The translations under genes and the position numbers were made by a program. A DNA stretch of 64,000 nt from Botryllus schlosseri (taxonomy: Eukaryota): NCBI GenBank assembly GCA_051294905.1, contig CM119384.1, positions 19,344,001 to 19,408,000 of the forward strand, in the 5' to 3' direction. Below are positions 35,642 through 50,600 of this stretch, piece after piece (position 1 is the first letter of the stretch; each line of letters begins with the position of its first letter). The notes under the pieces were generated by a model. It was not told the DNA's origin. It did not search any database and saw only the letters and a program-made list of their open reading frames with translations.

Positions 35642-38600
35642 AGCGAAAGAGAGCAATCAAATCAAGGACTCCAAAAGATTCTTCAAAAAAACACTTTATT
35701 TAAAGTAAGAAATGACGTAATGTCTTGATGATGTCACAAACGACGACGTCGGAGTCGGAGCATATGAAATCCAAACTCGATTTGGCTTAAACGCCTTTAT
35801 CTCACCAGATCGCCTCTAAGAATAGAAGAGACATCAAGACTGTGATCTTCGATTCGATTATGGTCTATTCGGTTACGAAACTTTCTGAACCTTTCGTTCA
35901 TAATCAGAGATACGAAGTCTTTCTATTGAGTTGGATTCTACAAATTTATAATGAGTAACAACCCTCATATATAATCACATTTTAGGCACGATTTCGTATT
36001 CATTGTACACGGAAAAGGAACTGTAGAACTACCTTGAATATGATGCCCGTAGAAAACTCTAATGTTCCACAGAATTGTCAAGCCGTGACTTTTCTATCGA
36101 ATTTCATTCCGCGTTATTTTCTTTTTGTCAAAATAATAAAATAGCATCAAACCATGATTACTATCTTTTCGTCTTCACTTTTAAATTAAGATTTATATAT
36201 GTATTGAAATTACTGCCTTTACATGTCAGCAATATCTATAGTTTTATTCGCAGGGCATAAATTTATTTATATTATCATTCGTACGACTATGGATATGTTT
36301 CCGGACCGCAAACCGCTAGGATTTCCGTTTAGATGACACGTGTCTTTTATTTAATACTTTAAATACTAACTTCGTTTACCTTATTCGTATTTATAACGTA
36401 TGAAATATGAAGCTGCTATATTTCACCGTACTTGTTCCTACGTGTCGCCATAATATATATGTGTACCGCAGCTTTCTTCAAGAAATTCGTCTGCATTTTG
36501 CTACGAATGGTCGATATCGAGAGCGTTTTTGCGTTATTACCACACGATATACGCGGTTGCTAAAATCGCCGGAAATCCGTATGTACATTGGTGTTTCCAT
36601 GTTTCCATTCATGTTGTACTGTTACAAGTTACCAAATTCACCGGCCGATTATGCAGAACACAACAAACCTTCTCCTGTACTATGGAAACCAAATATTGAG
36701 TGTGGTGTAGATGTTTTGTCGAATTAGTATCCTGAGGCCTTACTGATCGACCAATTGCTATTTGCAGCAAGGAAATATTACAGCATAACATGCAAATGCT
36801 TTGCCTATACAATCTGTAAGCACATGAGGAAAGCGTTTTATGCTCATATGCATATCACATTCACAGACAGCTTGTTGAATGTAGTCCAATTTCAGAGCAG
36901 TTAACCTCGAGCCAGCCAGCGAAGATAGTTTTAGTTAGGTCGGCAATCTGAAGGCAAGCACTAGACGATTTCGAGCAGAAAGGACGGATAAGAAGAAAAT
37001 CAATGATTTCGCAGCGAAAAGTAAGCTGTTTCATGAACTAAATGTCACATGCATGCAGATCACGTCCGTTATTATTCTGTGCTGCATCAAATTTTATGGA
37101 ATTGTCATTCTCAGATCAGTTTTATAATATAGGTAGGTAAAGTTGATCTAATATCAATCGTGATAACAACATCCTTCGGGGCTGGAAAGGATCTCGTGAA
37201 ACCGTATACGCCCACTCATCGCAACCGTATCTATGTAGGCAGTGCCCTGCAAGGTTTCAAATAAGGGATAGGCGCGAAATTCATTAGAAATGCAAACAGC
37301 AACAATGACGCGATCGCCTTCTGCACATGGCCGTAGACCTGGAACACCATAAAATGAAAACAACAACATAAATCCTCAACGTTTTGGAATATGTACTGTT
37401 TGTATTACGTTATTATTGGCAGGAGAATTACAACTTTTCCAGACGAGTACATGATATCGTGCTGTCATAAATGCCGCGAGCAACTATACCGAATACCTGA
37501 TTCGCGTCATTTATGGCGGTTTAGAATTGTTCCTGCTCAGTATCCTGGCCCTCAAAGCTATAAAAGAGGACGAATTGCCAAAAAGGAGGATAGAGCCTCC
37601 TAAAATGGGACATAGGGTAAGCATACGTTTCCGGAATGAACCTCTAAGTGTAAGTATGGCATCACCAGCAGCTCAGCTATTGCGCTTGCATCGAAAACGG
37701 AATAACCAGATGTAAAGGTACCATCGGAAGAGGGTAGGGTACCTAACTATCTTAGCTCATAAATATTGAAAATAATGGCATGCGTAATCATCAAATCCTA
37801 GTTTCTCAGTTCATGCAGTGACCTTACTTATTATCCATCCTTCTCACGGCCCTTAAGAACACGTGTCGCACCCAACATTCACAACCGATGCAATAAACGA
37901 GGCATGTTCGATATGAGATAGCAGCTCACTTTCTGGTGAGGTCTTCATCTCGACATAGGTCGCTTGATCGCTAATCTGACTGTCTCATTGAATCAGACAG
38001 TCTGCAGTGGTCGTTATCTCCAGCATGTTGTTTAATATCTACTTTAAACCGCGCTTGCACGCAACAACTTCTTTACCTCTGAATCAAAAGCGCACCAGTA
38101 GGGGAGATGTGGTACCGATGGATCAAAAATTGCAAAATGATCTCTGGCCCTCAAATCTTCAGCCGAGAATAGCAGATCTTTTGCTGTCTCAACACTTCGA
38201 TACAAGCTCTACCTATCGCGGACATTTACATGATATCCGCCTTTTGAAAAAATATTTATAAACGTTTAAAATTTGTTGCTCGAACGTGTCATCGGTCCCC
38301 ACCCGGTGGGTCCAACGGCACACGACCATGGGACCTATGAGACATACGCTCAGAAACTCAAATTTGGTAACTTATTTTGTTGTGTACAATAAGCTAAGCT
38401 ACAGCAAGCCAACGAAGAGTGTTTCGTCGCGACCTTCAAAAATAGTATAGATTATATCAACTCAAATGTTGGCATAAAATCATGTTTTGATTTACGCCTA
38501 AACTTACAAAATTAATGCCACTTACATATTACCCGCAAATCGACACTTTGACTTTCAAATACCTCGTAATAGCGATAAAACACCACAGGTAACTATGATT

Positions 38601-39019
38601 TACAGCCTATATATATGTAGGCGAGTTTCTGTTGTTAAGTGATTAGTTGGTCCATCTATTTTGCTTGATTTGGTTATGGTACCATAGGTCCCCCACCCCA
38701 CAGATATTGTAATTGACTTGAAAATAGTCCACTCGAGGATGGTATTGATTCAAAAAATATGTGCCATTATATACTTTGATACAAGCCCTATACTTCACAT
38801 CAAAAATTATGGCTGGTTTGTTAGTCTGAAAGGTGATATAGAAAAATGCAAATGTCGATCCAAATTTACTTTACACCCCCTAAAACGTAAATCATTCGTC
38901 ACAGACCCCACAACTCACGCAGGTCGAATTTTATTGCATGTGAGGAAAGATTCTACCAGCATGTAATAGTAGACAAATTCACGGAGTGCAATCGTGGAAT
39001 TATCATGGAGAATTTGTCA

Positions 39020-39516
39020 AGTATTTTCGGTCCCAGTGATTCATCGGTACCACATCTCCCCTACAACACACGCGCGTCCACGTCGTCCAAATATCATATG
39101 ATCGACCGAAAAGATCATCGCTCTATCAAATATGCCGGACCTGATGTGTGGAACAGTATCCCGCCGGCCATCCGGCAGTCGACGAGCATTGTCCACATTC
39201 AAGTCAAAATACATGTACAAGCAATTACTACTAAATAGATACAGTCCATCCTCAAGATTACCGGACCACGACTGACCTATCGATCTCGCTTCCCATGACA
39301 TGCCGCCCTATTTCTTGTCGCTTCCTTTTTCTATACAATCTTCTTTACTTTCATTCAGTGTGCATGCCTCCTCTTTACATCGCCTAGGCCAAGGTGGGTG
39401 TCCGATTCCATAGACAACTCCTAGTCGCTTCGACATCTTCCTTTCTTTTCATTGTATCGCATTTTTTGTGGTGTATTGAACTGATAAAATTGCTAATAAA
39501 CCAATGATGATGATGA
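39020..39516 (+). mobile_element. CR1/L2-group LINE-B 3' fragment, degenerate
   Basis: YNTRAS...SIKYAGPDVWNSIP C-terminus. 3' UTR shared with 60490-61114 (gattaccggaccacgac, cattcagtgtgcatgcctc, cctaggc.aaggtgggtgtc). (ATG)n tail. Confidence 0.85.
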
Positions 39517-41404
39517 ACATGCACAAATCGTCGGGACTTGCGTAGTCCAGTCGATCTAAGTTATGTGGTCGGGCTACATCGTAAGCGTAGTAAAGCCTAT
39601 AACGGAAATAGGTTGTGAGTGTGCAAGTGGTGCAACGATTCGACATCCCTCGAATCATGATTAGGAATATCGGCCTCGTATAAATGATCAATGCTGTCGA
39701 AACACCATATAAACTAAAACAACAACACGCGAACGATGTCCTTCATATTCCACGTTATATGACGTTTCTGTTGAGAAATGCGATTTCCTAGTTTCGAATG
39801 GTATACAAGAAAGCTTGGAATGAATCATAACGTCTACAAATGGAAACAGCGTTGGAAGAACTGTTTATGAATCGCAGTAAATGCAGCAGAGAGGTTCATG
39901 GTATCAAAATGTGGTCAAGTCTTGAATGTATATAACCGCTAAATGAAGACCATTTGCTACTACTAAAGCGGTATACTACAGATGTTCGTCTAGGTATTAT
40001 TATATACAGGCATCCTTTTGCATATCAAGACACATGTTTTTATTAGAATTTGAAGATAGAGTTATGTGTAGTTGCAGGTGTGCATGTTTTACCAAACATC
40101 ATTTTAGCAAGAGTAATTTGCTAGAGGGTAAATATGAATACCAGACGATTGGCATTGATAGTATGCTATGTGAGTATGCTATGTGTTATGTATGCACGCG
40201 ACAGAGGATTTTGAATACCAGCCATAAGCGCATCAAAATTCCACTCCTTATTATAATTAGTGCATTATGTAATCTTTTCGCTTAGACACGTATGGTCCTT
40301 TTCTATTCACTAGCACACTAACTACGTTCTCTTTTGGACGTTTTATGCCGCTAATCGAAGCCTTAATTAGTTAGTTGAACTTTTTCTACTAAAAGGAATT
40401 CATATAATAGTGATATAATCGTACTATACATTCTTATTATTAGGAATAATGATATTATATATATTGTTCCATAGTGGACTTGGAGTGAGTCGACAATTAC
40501 AGCAGAAAATATGTAGATGAGCTGCTGTGACGATGTTGACCATTCTCAAATTGTCCCGACGAGATAAAGAAAAGCCGGAAAGTTAAAAGTCGTAATCCAA
40601 GATTATTGCTTGAAATTTAGAGGGAAGTATAGAGTTTAATTATGGACTTGGTGCTAAACCAGACTAATAGCCAATCGCTCTAGATTCGGTGGATGTCAGG
40701 AATCATCTATAGTTCTATACAATTACATAATATCGTCTGTACTTCACACAGGGCAGATATATAGTCACGAGGGTATTTCTATTTCTCAGGTGATAGTGCT
40801 CCGCTGATCGGGCTCATTGGTTCGGAGTGGTGATAGATGCTTTTTACTAGTCTAGTAGGCCTGTGTATTGCGCGAAATTGGCGATAAAAATGATAAAACA
40901 ATGGAGTGAATGTTTAATATTCGTGTTTTTACCAAGCTGATAGTGCGTATAGGATACAATAAGAAATCAAGTGAACCATAGTTCATGTGCTGGCAATCTG
41001 AATCCCTCAAGACAGATGCCATCTCACGGCAAAAATTATTTGCCAGTGAAGAATTACCAATTTTAAATCGTGTTCGGGTTTTAGTTTAGTACGTGTGGGC
41101 AATTTCGATATCTTTTGACATAGCAGACAGGAATCGCGAAATAACATCATGTAACGAAGTCATTACACCAACGGGTCCGCCCGAAGTTATTTGATAATTG
41201 TTTGCGGTAATACAGAGAGGATGAAAAATTGTTAGCAATGTATATGTAATTCCCGATCATATTGACCGATTCAATCACGAATTGTAGAATAAATTTGCGC
41301 AAGTTTGGTTTATCGCCCCATTGGGAACCCAAGACCAACATTTTTTTTGGGGGGGGGGCGAAGTGCTGTTTCAATACGGAGCGTGTATATAGACCAGTGT
41401 AGAC

Positions 41405-41639
41405 CAATTTTTCAACCTTTTTTATGGTCGCGACCCAATTTATGATTTTAAAATGTTCCGCGAATCACCTATGGATCTAGTTATGCCGGTTCTATAAAAA
41501 AAGTCGGCACCTTCGCCCATGCCCACACGCAGCATGAATGGGTTCATTTTGAAGCTGATTACTAAAAGAAATTATAAACGGTGAGCCCCGTTCTCAACAC
41601 TCGGAAAAATGTCAACAACCGCCAGATTGAAAACCACTG
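41405..41639. mobile_element. Degraded Charlie-like MITE
   Basis: tttttcaaccttt left end and GATTGAAAACCACTG right end. No TSD. Confidence 0.45.
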
Positions 41640-42705
41640 ATAGTAAGTGTATAAATATTATGGGAATTACTACAATAATACTACTTGCGTCGTCATTATG
41701 CTATCAAGGGTCTTGGGTATATTTATATGCCTGAAACGCATGTAAAAGTCGGTACTCTTCGTCCACGCATAACGTTCAAACTCACGAGAATAGGCTGATT
41801 CTGCTGATACATCATCATTATCACAGTAGACGTTTTTTCACCTGCAGGTTGCAGCAAACGCTAAGGCCGCGGCTGCGATTACCAGAAATACTCCCTGAGT
41901 CAATTTTGATGATCGTTTAGAAAGCGTGCGAACTATAATCCTCGCATGAACGACTCTCAAGTCTAAACATGTATATTTTGGAGATATCGTTATGATATGC
42001 CAGGAATGTCGCACAAATTAAAGCTGAATGCATGTGGCGAGTATATAATCAAGAATGTTTCATCTGTCTTCATAATGCTCTGCAGACATCACAACGGGTC
42101 GTTTGCAGTTTAATCTACAGTATATATACTATATCGTATATTCTCTAATTCTGCCACATCAATGAAACGTGATCGCGTACGCAATTGGCTATAGAGCACA
42201 GTAGAGGCGTGATTGGAATATTTACCTATTGGTAAGGCGTTGAAGTTTGAGGCTAATCCAACTAGTAGTGCATGTTCGGGCAGGTGTTGAAATCAAAATA
42301 TATTAGGCCAGGATATTGTGAGACGCAGAGGTCTGAAGCAATGCAATAACGCTGTTCAGTGTTCACTGCCCTGCCTCTAAGGTCGTATTTGATGAGATAA
42401 AAGCGTCTTGTTAAAAGTGAGTCAACCTCGCATCCTAACATTCCGCTAGAAGCATGGAAATATACCTTTAGTGCTGTATTAAATCGAGCGAAGCACCTAA
42501 AAAATTAATTCAAATTTATAAAATAAGACAAACATTTTTGTTGTAGTTGATGGAGAGCAAACGTGATTCGCAAAAAACTAAGATATACAGATAGGTCATG
42601 ATATCATAGATGCAGCAGGCATAATAATTTTGCAAACTAACTAAAATGGACACGCGAGTCTGACGTGCCCCACTATATATAAACTAAACGTTGATTAAAC
42701 AGGAC

Positions 42706-43209
42706 TAGGGCTGGGCACAATGATTCGAGTACTCGAATCTGAATCGAGTATTTATTTAATGATTCGAGTCAAGTAGTAAAACACGATTTTTACGAGTACT
42801 GAAATTATACGCTTATCGCCACTGAAAGTTAATTTATCAACGAGAATTAGATGTACGATACTATTTTCCACTGTGGTAGCCTTGAAACCTTGATTGTCGT
42901 ATCGCAGCATACAAAACATAGAAAAAATAATAATCACGTTACCGGAAATAGCACATTTACGAAGTCATGATCATCCCACAACGTTGTCACCAAGTGCAAT
43001 GACATCGGTATGGTCGAAAAATATACCAAAGTATCTTTAGTGTGATGGATAAAAAGCAATATATTCTTTGTGTTGGCATAAATGCCATAAAAGGTACGTT
43101 TTTGAACTTTGACATATCGCATTCTGTTACGGTGTCATAATGAGTGGTACTCGAATACTCGACTCGACTAGAAGCATAATACTCAGGTACTCGATTTCAC
43201 CCAGCTCTA
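42706..43209. mobile_element. Non-autonomous hAT element, family B, copy 2
   Basis: TAGGGCTGGGCA / CACCCAGCTCTA, TSD aacaggac/cacaggac (7 of 8), collinear with 8115-8627. Confidence 0.9.
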
Positions 43210-43525
43210 CACAGGACTTGTTCATTATTGTGCTTGTTCCGGTATACTCACGAGAACCATTATAATTACAGTATTATAGATAATCATGTCATTTCGCAAG
43301 TCACAAATTTAACCATATCGTTCCCGAATTACGTTAGGATATTACGTTGCGAACAGATAAATATCAGCATTAACAACACTAAGATATTCATTTGACGGGC
43401 ACAGTAATAGAGATATAAAACTGCCGACTGTTGGTGAAAGTGGCTTTCGTAATGGCAACTTCAAAATAACAGGAAAAGTGCCATCCTATTACTCAACGCT
43501 GGTGTATTCTAAATAAGCTTGTTAC

Positions 43526-44503
43526 TAGGGATGGTGTGAACGTGAGGTTCACGTTCGCGTTCTGTGTGTGAACCTCGGAAATTTAGAGGTTCGCGTTCAC
43601 AACAGAACTTTGGTAGGTTCTGCACTGTGAACCTTTTTCATATATTACAATTTTCACTTCATTATAACATATTTGATTCAAATTTATTGCATTTCAACTG
43701 CTGGCCACTCTATGCATGACGCTGGCAGCATTAAAAATCAACACTAAACGAACATGCACATTGACAATCTCAAAAAATTTACTTGCTCCGTTACAAAAGC
43801 TTGCTCGAAATATTCAGCTTTCCGTTGGTGAATGTTTAGTGACTCTCTGCTGTGAGTTTGACCCGCAATCACACAACATCACGGACGAGATACGTAGTCA
43901 GCGAATGATGCTTATTCAACCAATCAATGAGATTGATATCGTTTTCTGATTTAAAAATGTAGCAGGCGTACGGAGTCAATCTTGACTTCATATCTTTACT
44001 GCATGATTAATACCAAATCCGTGCTATTGAGATGTTGGCTACTGCTGTATAACTTGTTAATGGGGTAATATCGGTAGCAAGTTTAGAAACCCGTTTACAC
44101 TCTGCTCAATATCAACGTAGCAATACTCAGATGCCGAATACATTGTTCGGTCTGGCCTAGACCGTTAAGGCGTAAGCTTGTATTCTCTAGGAAGTCTTCG
44201 TCGAAATTGTTGGCAAAGCGACGGAAGATATTGATTTCATGGGAGTATTATATCCTTTGATTGCGTCAGTTGATACATTTAGCGAGGTTTAAAACGCCAA
44301 TATGTGCTTCAGCATTGTGGCATTATGTGGCCCGAGTATCGCGTACATTAATATAGGCTATCACTTCATTGAAGGATAAGGTTGGAACTAGCAATATGAC
44401 GTCACGTGACGTCATGAGGTTCACGTTCGCGTTCACACAGAACCTTTTAAAAAGGTTCGCGTTCACACGAACCTGAACCTTTCGGAGGTTCACACCATCC
44501 CTA
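43526..44503. mobile_element. Non-autonomous hAT element, family A, copy 2
   Basis: TIR TAGGGATGGTGTGAAC / GTTCACACCATCCCTA, perfect TSD cttgttac. Confidence 0.95.
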
Positions 44504-44908
44504 CTTGTTACACGTGATAAGCTGCATACGGAATGTCCGCGCGTATAGCTTGCATTGGCTGCATAATATGCTGCACAATGATTATATGATACTAACAACA
44601 CCGTGTAAAACATCTGAGAAAAATACGGAATAATAACAAATAAAGGAAACAAGGTAAAATAATAATAACTGTATGTCAGCAGAAGGAAATTGACACGGAC
44701 TGTCGAATCAACGTGTTTGAACAATTATGACTCCTATACTTATAGTGATCGATAGTTCAGCAGGTGAATGTATCTATTACGAACCAACCAACCCAAACGC
44801 TCAGTAGAATGTTCCAATACGAGAAGCTATGTAAACTCATACCATACCAATTTCAAATGACGATGCTGTTATTATATGTGGGGTTGATGGTGATGCTAGA
44901 CCAATGAC

Positions 44909-46244
44909 CAGGCCGTGTTATTTTTGGCATTTCAGGAGCCAGATGCCAAAACTGCCAAAAATAAAAATTTGCAAATGCCAAAAATAAGTAATTTTTGGCA
45001 TATGCCAAAAATAACACAGTCTGCCAAATAGCGTATTTCGTTCATGGTGTTGTGTCAACAGGACCGTGTTACAAGCGAGAAGAGCGTTTGTGAAAGGCAG
45101 GTTTCTTAATCTGGGTCCAGCCCACCCATTAGGGGTGAAAGCATGGTGTCCTAAATGGTGTGGGCACAGCGAGATTGGACGGCTGACTGCATTTGGTTTA
45201 CGTCATACTTTCCATTTCTCCAAAGGCAATTTTACGACCATTTTTGACCAGCTTGTTGAGCGCTAAATTTGATAAAACGGGTATCAATGAGAAGCTGCCG
45301 CAGTACTGATTATTAAAATATAAACTATATTCTGCTCATGGAACTGGAACCCCAAAATCAACTATGATTTTTGCATTGTGATCGATTTGAACATTGTGAC
45401 GCAACAAACTGGCTATTTATGAGCTGCATAGTCTCGTTTTGCCAGACAGTCTTGTTGCGTCAATGTTCTTAAACAAGCTAACCTTCCCAGGACTCTTCCA
45501 TGCGAGTTAGTAATATTAAAGCCACCGGAAGTGACAAAAGTCCTCTGAAAATATATCGGTAGACTGAAGGGGAAATGATAGTCGGGCTACTAAATAAAAT
45601 GTGTTGAGAGACAACACAGGAAACTCCTTGAAAAGGATCGGGAAGAAAATTCTTTCCGCGATGAGATCGATGGCACTGGCGAAGTGATTTCTTTTCATGA
45701 TGCATGGAAGGCGGTTCGGCCCTCCAAAGATTATGAAGCTTTGTGGATGACTGGCAACATTCTTTCCATCAACGGCTACTGTTGAAGCCGATATTTCCCA
45801 GATTCGCTGGGCGAGAAATGAATTTAGGAAAAACTTAGCTGACCTGAGTCTGGAAGCACTGTTACAGTGAAAACGATTTAAGTCTATTCAACAGCTGCAA
45901 CAATCAACTGTTGAGTGTGTTTGTTAGGCTTTTCTTTTTTTTTGCTTATTGGCACCGATTCCGATGGATACAGCACATTTTGTGGTTTCGTTTGATATTA
46001 TTAACCTATGAAATCGTTAGGTTTTTTCTTCTTATTGTTTGTTGGCACTGATTATACGTGGATGCTGCACATTTTGTGGTGTCTTTTGACAAACTAGCCC
46101 AAATACAGCGTTTTTGCGACTAATTCGAGGCTGAAACTATCTATTTAGAGGACGATGCCAAAACTGCCAAAAATAAAAATCGAAAAATGCCCAAAATAAG
46201 TTCTTTTTGGCAGTTTTGGCATATGCCAAAAATAACACGGCCTG
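44909..46244. mobile_element. hAT element with an extra internal right TIR
   Basis: 22-bp TIR CAGGCCGTGTTATTTTTGGCAT / ATGCCAAAAATAACACGGCCTG, perfect TSD ccaatgac, second right TIR at ~45002-45023, GCCAAAA repeats. Confidence 0.9.
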
Positions 46245-46860
46245 CCAATGACTATACTATGGTCTTGTGTAGCCTACATGTCCTGTTCGAACTTCCCATT
46301 CGCTAGTATTAGATTAGGCGTGTGCTATATCTGCGAATTCAATGATGATGGTTGAATGACGAATGACGATGATGAAATGACGATGTTCGCAAGTCAATAA
46401 AATCAGCAGTCGAGCCAAATTAAGGTTTGACTAGGAGTTGTACTTCCCATGAACGGAAAAGCTACGAAGGAAGGGTGGTATATGTTTCGGACTTCAAATG
46501 AAAGAGTTCGCCCATCAGCTGGTGGTAGATGGAGCCAACACCGTTTGCATACATTTCGCTGCAGCAGTTGAGATTTGGCGTTCAGGTTGCATGAACGCTG
46601 AATGTCGCCTTTGTGCGAAATTTGTAATTAGTCTAATCCGCTTTCATCTATGTTATGGCTTATTTAAATTGTTATCTGAAACGCGCACATGAAGTGCTAA
46701 TATGAATAAAAGATCTCTCTCACGTGCTACAGTTTTCCACACATCTACTTCGACATGATGGCATCAGCCGGAATATAGAAATATATGCGCTTCGAATTTT
46801 TGTGGTTGCTGTCGCATAAATTCTGAATAATAAGGGTTAAATTTATAAATGCATTTTAGA

Positions 46861-47581
46861 ATGCTTACTACTAGTATAACGTGGGCGACGTCGCAAGCTA
46901 ACGATACGGTCGGCAGTGATGCGGAATTCCTTGGTAACTCAACGCGTCCGGAGGTAACATTCAGGTAAAATATGTCGATTCTCCGTATCCAGATATGAAA
47001 TATAGGTTTACAGTTATAGGTGGAGAGGGTCAATATTGAAAGGTAATACTGAACGACTTCGTCTTGTGAGGAATATGCTACTAGTTAGCACGAGAAAAGT
47101 ATAATCTCTTTTATTGTTGAAGTGAATTGCGATCAGTGTGGCGATATACAAGGTACGCAGTCGACTTTTCGGCCATCATCCATGGATAGTAGCCTAAACA
47201 TTGCGGCGATCAGATTGAACCATATACACTACACAGCAGTGTTGGGATGACTCGAGTCAACTTTTTCGTATGACTTGACTTGACTCGAGTCACTTTGCAA
47301 AAATGACTTGACTTGACTTGACTCGACGCTTCAGAAATGTGGATTGACTCGTGACTCGGAGCAAAATTTACGAGTCAATTTCCAAGTCATCAATAAGTAA
47401 ATGGTGTCGACTAAATCAATGTATCATGTCATTCATGTGTATGTTCGGATAATTCACGATACGCCAATGACACTTGTGAGAGCAACCAGTCGTTCACTTG
47501 TTGCACATTCCATATCTACTGGTCCTCCATTGCTATATCACAAATAAATTGGCCGCGAACAAAACGATCACAACTTAAGTT

Positions 47582-47612
<31 letters not shown>

Positions 47613-50600
47613 ATTAATCTAATAACTGTTTCTTAGATGGCGCAGTGCTTACATTGCGCAGTGCTCATGCTCACCTTTACCGACCCTCTTGAATGATTTA
47701 AATCTAATAGTACAGCTTATGCGTTTATATTCTTACGGATGTGTAGATGGGTATTATTGTACCCCACCAATTTGTTTCAAATTCTCTAGTATTCGTGTTC
47801 GGTCCTCTATTCACAGACTGTAGCATCTAACTATACAGTTACTCACGTATTTCATTACAAGTTCTACGTGTGCGAGTGCGATACAACGTCTTTTTCATGT
47901 ATATTTAACTTTATATTCGTTATTTGATTCAAGATAAATGCTAATTAATCTATATTTCACACAGCTGGCAAAATGACTTCGCATCATCACTCATACTTCG
48001 AAAATTCAATTTGACTTGAATTGTGACTTGACTCGTGACTTGACTTGACTTGACTCGACTTGACTCGAGTCACCCCCAAAATTTATGTGACTTGACTTGA
48101 CTCGAGTCAAAATCTGCAATGACTCGAGATGACTCGTGACTCGAAGGTAGTGACTTGATCCCAACACTGCTACACAGGGTTTGCACCTGTATATAGCTAT
48201 GACCAAGTATAGATTGCAAAGACGCAATGCCGTCTACACTGGTCACCTATACCGTTGGTATCACTTATTAATTGTCAGGCAGAGGTGCCAGTGTACAACA
48301 ATTTGTGATAATACAGTGTTCAATTCTTTCGTCGTATGTAGCTACCTTTCAGGCGTAGCGCACACACTGCTTTTACTCCGTCGTATGGTTACCGTTCAGG
48401 CGTAACTTATACAGCTTTCAGCCAATAATTAGCACTAATTAGTATCCAATCAAGACTAATTATCTTAATACAACCAAATACTACAATTTTCAATTTGTAT
48501 TACTGCAATATTCGGATTGGCGCATATGTTATGTATATTGAATTGGAAATATATTTCCTTATTAAATTCTACGTATTGGTATGATAGTTAATTTTGCTCT
48601 TTTAGCTGTCGAACCACGTCCCGCCGTTTAATTTCCGTTACTTCTGTTTTCAGTTCAAAGGAATCTGTCGTATGTTGTGCTAGCCGGTTTCGTTATTACA
48701 AGGGTCGTCTTCCTAAAACGGTCAACCCGCTCTTCCGTTATTAAAATTACATTTCAAATATAAGGTCCCTGCTATACTGTTCCTGAATCCTTGGAGGCTC
48801 AAGCATGCACATTGCACATGCACAATTAGCACATCGTACATGAGTTCGTTCAACGATATGTAGTTCGCTAAGATACAATTCGATTGTTCTGAAGGACATT
48901 AAATCGCAAAGTAATAAGTAGTCAACATTGGCAATCGATCGACACTTAGAATAACGTCAGTGTGCACCAATGTCTATAGTAATAAATGCCATCCACATAG
49001 ACTTGTACAAACTAAATATTTAGTAAGTTGATGGTCAACTAACTAACGATTTTTTCAGTAGTTCTAGTTCTGGTTGCAAATTTTGAAAATTCAGTAGTTC
49101 TAGTTCTAGTTGTAGTTGCAAATTTTGAAAATTCAGTAGTTCTAGTTATGGTTCTAGTTCAGTGCTCTTCAACCTTTTTCGTTGTGGTACACCCTTTGAG
49201 CGTCTACTCGAAACTCGTACACCCCTGACCAGATAAGTCAATGATTCATCCGTACAGTAAGCCAAATCCAAGGGAGTTCAGCCTCCGTGTTATTCACGGC
49301 CGTGCTCCGATTCCATATATAGCATACAGTTTCATCAATCAGTTTTAATAATATTTTGATCTTTTCAAAACACCACAAAAACACGACACGATGAAAAGAT
49401 TCCGGCGGAGAGTCGTCGTGACCCGTCTGGTCGCCATATACTCCTGCTACATTGGCTTCTGGGAACTTCGCACCGCGGAGAGCGCTTGTGGTATTCTGTG
49501 TCATCACTCATTTCTTGAGATATGCCTTGCATATAAAAGTTTTTAATTGTAGCAGCAGAACATCCCCGCAGGCGTAATATCTATATGCACCAAAATCGCT
49601 AGTATAAATCTGGATTCCCATTCTTGTCGCGCGGACCACGAAAAAAGTTTACGCCTTGAAAATTTATTTCGTCGATAATACTGGTTGTTTCATATATTAC
49701 TGTCAATTATTTATCCATTTTTATAGGGTTGCAACCAAGTCACAAGACAATCTCACTTTTATTTTTTGACTCGAGTCAAGTCGGGTCATTTTCAATTCAC
49801 CATCGAGTCAAGTCTGAGTCTAAGTCATCGATCAGAGGATCGAGTCCGAGTCATGGTATTATGACTCAAGTGCGAGTCCAAGTCATTGTGTTGACTGCTC
49901 AGTTTTCAGTTAAAGTCTTGTTAAACCCACTTTTTATAACTCTGTTTCGAGATATCGAATAATTCGCATTTATACTATACTAATTTCCCTCACTTTTAGC
50001 AGTTTCTGGACGCATTTTCAAGTACTAGTACGAATGGACGAAATCCCAATAGGGTGGTTACTTTACTATTCTTCGAAATTACAATGAAATGTCGGTCTTG
50101 GCCGTCTGAGTCTCGAGTCATGTGACTTGGTTCGAGTCATGCGCAATGACTTGAGTCCAAGTCGAGTCAATACAACCCTGCATTTTGAGCCCACGTTATC
50201 AGATTAAACGATAGAGCTGATGGTCTTCGAAAATTTCTGGCACAAGTTTATAATGATGCATCTTCAGGTTTGTATTAATCACTTTGTTGGGTGTTGTTAT
50301 TTGTGACCTCCTATCAAGATTGTATGCGTAGTCGAAATATACATTCTAATCGGATAACGTAACAGTAAAACTTTCATTCGTGAGACGCTCACGACTCCGA
50401 TTTGGTATTTCTTTACGGGGTGCATCATTTTCCTCTGCGGCTCGCATTTGTACGATGGGGCTCAGATTACACCATTATATTAAAGACGAAAATTCCAAGT
50501 CACTCTGAATCGCGCGTAGCGCTAAAAAATTGTTAAGTTTAAAATCTCCCAACGATTTGGGGACCAATTCGTTCATTCAAATGGCATATTCACGGTCGCC

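Noticed and set aside
37220-37295. C2H2 zinc finger-like QPYLCRQCPARFQIRDRREIH
   Set aside because: A stop follows the first His, there is no second His, and there are no neighbouring fingers.
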